Origin: Bdellovibrio sp.
Lineage (GTDB): Bacteria; Bdellovibrionota; Bdellovibrionia; Bdellovibrionales; Bdellovibrionaceae
Direction of reading: 5' to 3'
DNA length: 47,936 bases
NCBI GenBank assembly: GCA_046318155.1
Contig: JBKCUU010000061.1
Span: forward strand, 1-47,936
The position numbers and the translations under genes are program-made. Of this stretch, positions 45,666-47,936 are shown in pieces (the stretch's first letter is position 1; each line of letters begins with the position of its first letter). The notes below the pieces were generated by a model, which saw nothing but the letters and a program-made list of their open reading frames with translations, was not told where the DNA came from and did not search any database.

Positions 45666-45781
45666 CATCTCTAAACGGCTCATCTCCTTCGTTCTCGGTC
45701 AACGCTCTCCTTGCGACGTGGCTGAAGCCACGCCTCAGTCGGCGTTGCCCTGCGGCCTCGGATATGAGCCGTTTAGAGATG
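45666..45781. repeat. Palindromic REP/REPIN-like element (copy C)
   Basis: Perfect 18-bp terminal inverted repeat CATCTCTAAACGGCTCAT/ATGAGCCGTTTAGAGATG. Core GACGTGGCTGAAGCCACGCCTC is 18/22 identical to the core of copy A. Confidence 0.8.
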
Positions 45782-45857
45782 ACTCTTCACCTGCTGAGAG
45801 GAGCTGCGCTGGGACTGGAAACTTTTTTGGGATTTTATTTTTGCTTACAAGTTGGGA

Positions 45858-46703
45858 CTAAAAGAGGACGGAGTCGGGGAGGCCCATTCGGGCGGCTACG
45901 ATTTTTACGATTTCGGCGGCGGTTTCTTCGAGGGCTCGGTCGGTCACGTTAAAGACGGGCCATTTTCGGTTTTGTTTGAAGATGCCTTGGGCGTATTCGA
46001 TTTCTTGGCTGATGTGGGAGAGGCTTGCGTACTCGCCGCCCGGGTCTTGGCCGAATTTTTCTAAACGGCTCTTGCGGATGCGTTGAAGTGAATCAATATC
46101 AATGATGAGGCCTACGATTTTGCGTTGGTCGACCTCGAACAATTCTTTTGGCAAGGCTGTGCCCAAGACAATGGGTACGTTCGCGACTTTCCAGCCTTTG
46201 TGACTCAAAAAAATCGACAACGGGGTTTTGCTTGTTCGTGAAATACCCACCAAAACAATATCAGCCGCATCGAGGCGGCTCAGTGATTTGCCGTCGTCGT
46301 ATTTAACCGTGAATTCGATTGCCTCGATTCGTTTGAAATAATGCTCATCGACCGCGCGTAATAGACCGGCTTGTGATGAGCGGTTGGTGCCCGTGCCTAA
46401 GTACGTATCAAGCACCGACAAGATCGGGCCGAGCAGATCTAAAGTGGGGATGCCAAGGCTTAAAGATTTTTCGCGGATCTTTGAACGCAGGCTCTCGCTC
46501 ACGACCGTGTAAGCAATGAGGCCTTTGCGATCAAAGGCTTCTTGAATGATGGGCTCCACTTGATCTTCGGTGCGGATGTTTTTGAAGCGGATCAAATTAA
46601 CTTCGTGTTGTGGGTACTGTACTAGAGCGGCGCGAATCATCGTTGCGGCCGTTTCACCGGTTCCGTCTGATAAGATATAAACCGTACACGCAGACTCGCT
46701 CAC
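45858..46703 (-). CDS. ppsR: PEP synthase / pyruvate phosphate dikinase regulatory kinase-phosphorylase (DUF299)
   Basis: YILSDGTGETA, YFKRIEAIEFTVKYDDG, ADIVLVGISRTSKTPLSIFL, ANVP, EETA. Confidence 0.93.
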   Translation of the reverse strand: MSESACTVYILSDGTGETAATMIRAALVQYPQHEVNLIRFKNIRTEDQVEPIIQEAFDRKGLIAYTVVSESLRSKIREKSLSLGIPTLDLLGPILSVLDTYLGTGTNRSSQAGLLRAVDEHYFKRIEAIEFTVKYDDGKSLSRLDAADIVLVGISRTSKTPLSIFLSHKGWKVANVPIVLGTALPKELFEVDQRKIVGLIIDIDSLQRIRKSRLEKFGQDPGGEYASLSHISQEIEYAQGIFKQNRKWPVFNVTDRALEETAAEIVKIVAARMGLPDSVLF

Positions 46704-47287
46704 TCCTCCCCCAAGCCGTCGGCCAAAAGTCTTAAGCTGGCCTCTTGAATTGCCGTGACATGTGTCTTTAAAAACAAATCAGGAAGATTCGAAAAGAGCA
46801 CCCACAAGCGGTGGCCGGCGGGCCTGATCACCAAACACGCAAGTTCTGGGTGTGTGGCTAAATCTTTGAGTGCAAGTTGTCGCAAAATTGCAGACGTATT
46901 CATGCGGCGAATTTCAGTTAAGCGCATTTGAGGCAGAGCCACCTGCTTTTGTAAGTCTTCAGGCAAGAGTGGATAAATCTGACCTTGGATAAACGCGCAC
47001 TCCAAGCGCCAACGGATCCAGCCTTGCGTGTTGTCTTCGCCCTCAAAGTGAAAGCACAGGCCTGATTCAAAGTAAGGATTTAAGCGGTCGAACAAAACTT
47101 GTGAGCGTCCAGGGTCCTTTTCGGGCAGAGCCCAGCCTAAAGTTTCGAGCTGGGTCAGATTTGTGAGGACTTCAAAGTGGAGGCGAGCCGCTTGATTTTG
47201 CGGACCCCAGTCTTTAGAGAGCAAATTCTCAAGCTGATCTTGAAGAACTTGGACCTGAGTGAAAAAGCGCGTGGTTAAGCGATCCAT
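46700..47287 (-). CDS. Hypothetical protein
   Basis: 195-aa ORF with an AGGA RBS, coupled to ppsR, in the nusB-directed run. Confidence 0.65.
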   Translation of the reverse strand: MDRLTTRFFTQVQVLQDQLENLLSKDWGPQNQAARLHFEVLTNLTQLETLGWALPEKDPGRSQVLFDRLNPYFESGLCFHFEGEDNTQGWIRWRLECAFIQGQIYPLLPEDLQKQVALPQMRLTEIRRMNTSAILRQLALKDLATHPELACLVIRPAGHRLWVLFSNLPDLFLKTHVTAIQEASLRLLADGLGEE

Positions 47288-47299
47288 TGGTCCTTTAGC

Positions 47300-47743
47300 T
47301 TAGTCGATGACCAATTGAAAATCACGTTCACCCATCGTTTCGGTCCATTGCTTGACGAAAGTATCGGGCCCAACGGCGCGAGGCAAAAACACGCGGAGCG
47401 AAGGTGACCCGAGGCCCTCCAGCGTCTTTTTCAAAGTCGCCAGATCCCAATTATTCAAAGACAAAACCCAACGGCAGGGTAGGTTGAGATCAGCTGGAAT
47501 CAGCAGAGGCTCGTTTTGCTTGTTTTGAGGGCCCTGAGTCCAAGTTTTAAGACCTGTTTCCTCGAGCACTGTTTGAAGCTCGCTTGAAAGCTCGCGAGGT
47601 CGGTATTTGGAGGCGCGAAGGATCTGAAAGTTCAGAGCCCAATCAAGCCTGAGCGCCCACGGTGACTCGGCAGAAGATCCAATCACCCACAGGTCTGCGC
47701 CAGGCGTGAGAGCTTGCGTCGAGGGGAGCTGGCTCACTCCCAT
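47300..47743 (-). CDS. Hypothetical protein, weakly resembling the leucyl-aminopeptidase (M17) N-terminal domain
   Basis: LRLDWALNFQI and EPLLIPA. Overlaps the nusB stop. Confidence 0.55.
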   Translation of the reverse strand: MGVSQLPSTQALTPGADLWVIGSSAESPWALRLDWALNFQILRASKYRPRELSSELQTVLEETGLKTWTQGPQNKQNEPLLIPADLNLPCRWVLSLNNWDLATLKKTLEGLGSPSLRVFLPRAVGPDTFVKQWTETMGERDFQLVID

Positions 47744-47936
47744 TGGTTTTGCCTTCGGACTTGATCCAGCAGTCCATTGACGAAACTGCCGGATTCGGTC
47801 GTTCCAAAACGTTTTGCGATGTCGACCGCTTCATTGATGGCGATCGAGGGCTTGAGGGGGTCGACCAAAAACTTCATTTCAAAAACGGCCACGCGCAAGA
47901 CATTGCGATCCACCATCGACATGCGCTCCACTTTCC
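47734..47936 (-). CDS. nusB: Transcription antitermination factor NusB, 5'-truncated by window edge
   Basis: RMSMVDRNVLRVAVFE, AINEAVDIAKRFG, FVNGLLD. Confidence 0.93.
   Translation of the reverse strand, partial: KVERMSMVDRNVLRVAVFEMKFLVDPLKPSIAINEAVDIAKRFGTTESGSFVNGLLDQVRRQNQWE

Overview
This 47.9-kb window looks like chromosome from a Bdellovibrionota (Bdellovibrio-like) bacterium; that is inferred from gene content and is not proven. The left arm holds core-type genes: mpaA-like (partial), dapD, lolC/E, an MCE/Mla-like mlaD-F-E set with a degenerate ATPase, ydcF, ridA, an OM beta-barrel and tRNA-Ala(GGC). The right arm holds sppA, HIT, rhomboid, an L,D-transpeptidase, fliL, an M16 peptidase pair, LysR, a DUF2799-like lipoprotein, a RAYT-like gene, ppsR and nusB (partial). 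Between them (about 6.8-34.8 kb) is an apparently variable region. It contains (i) a small islet after the tRNA with a DUF4160 + RHH-like TA pair, an HTH gene and a tmRNA-like 3' remnant; (ii) an unusual chemosensory operon (soluble Aer-like PAS protein, P2-less CheA, CheW, MCP, two tandem CheR-REC-CheB fusions, OprB porin, no CheY); (iii) accessory and peptidoglycan-acting genes; (iv) two interrupted genes; and (v) two copies of a ~180-bp MITE/REPIN-like element whose hairpin core also occurs in a third element beside the RAYT-like Y1 transposase. The best candidates for a new system are the double CheR-CheB chemosensory operon and the RAYT-like gene with its hairpin-element family. All family assignments come from motif recognition by eye; no database searches were run.
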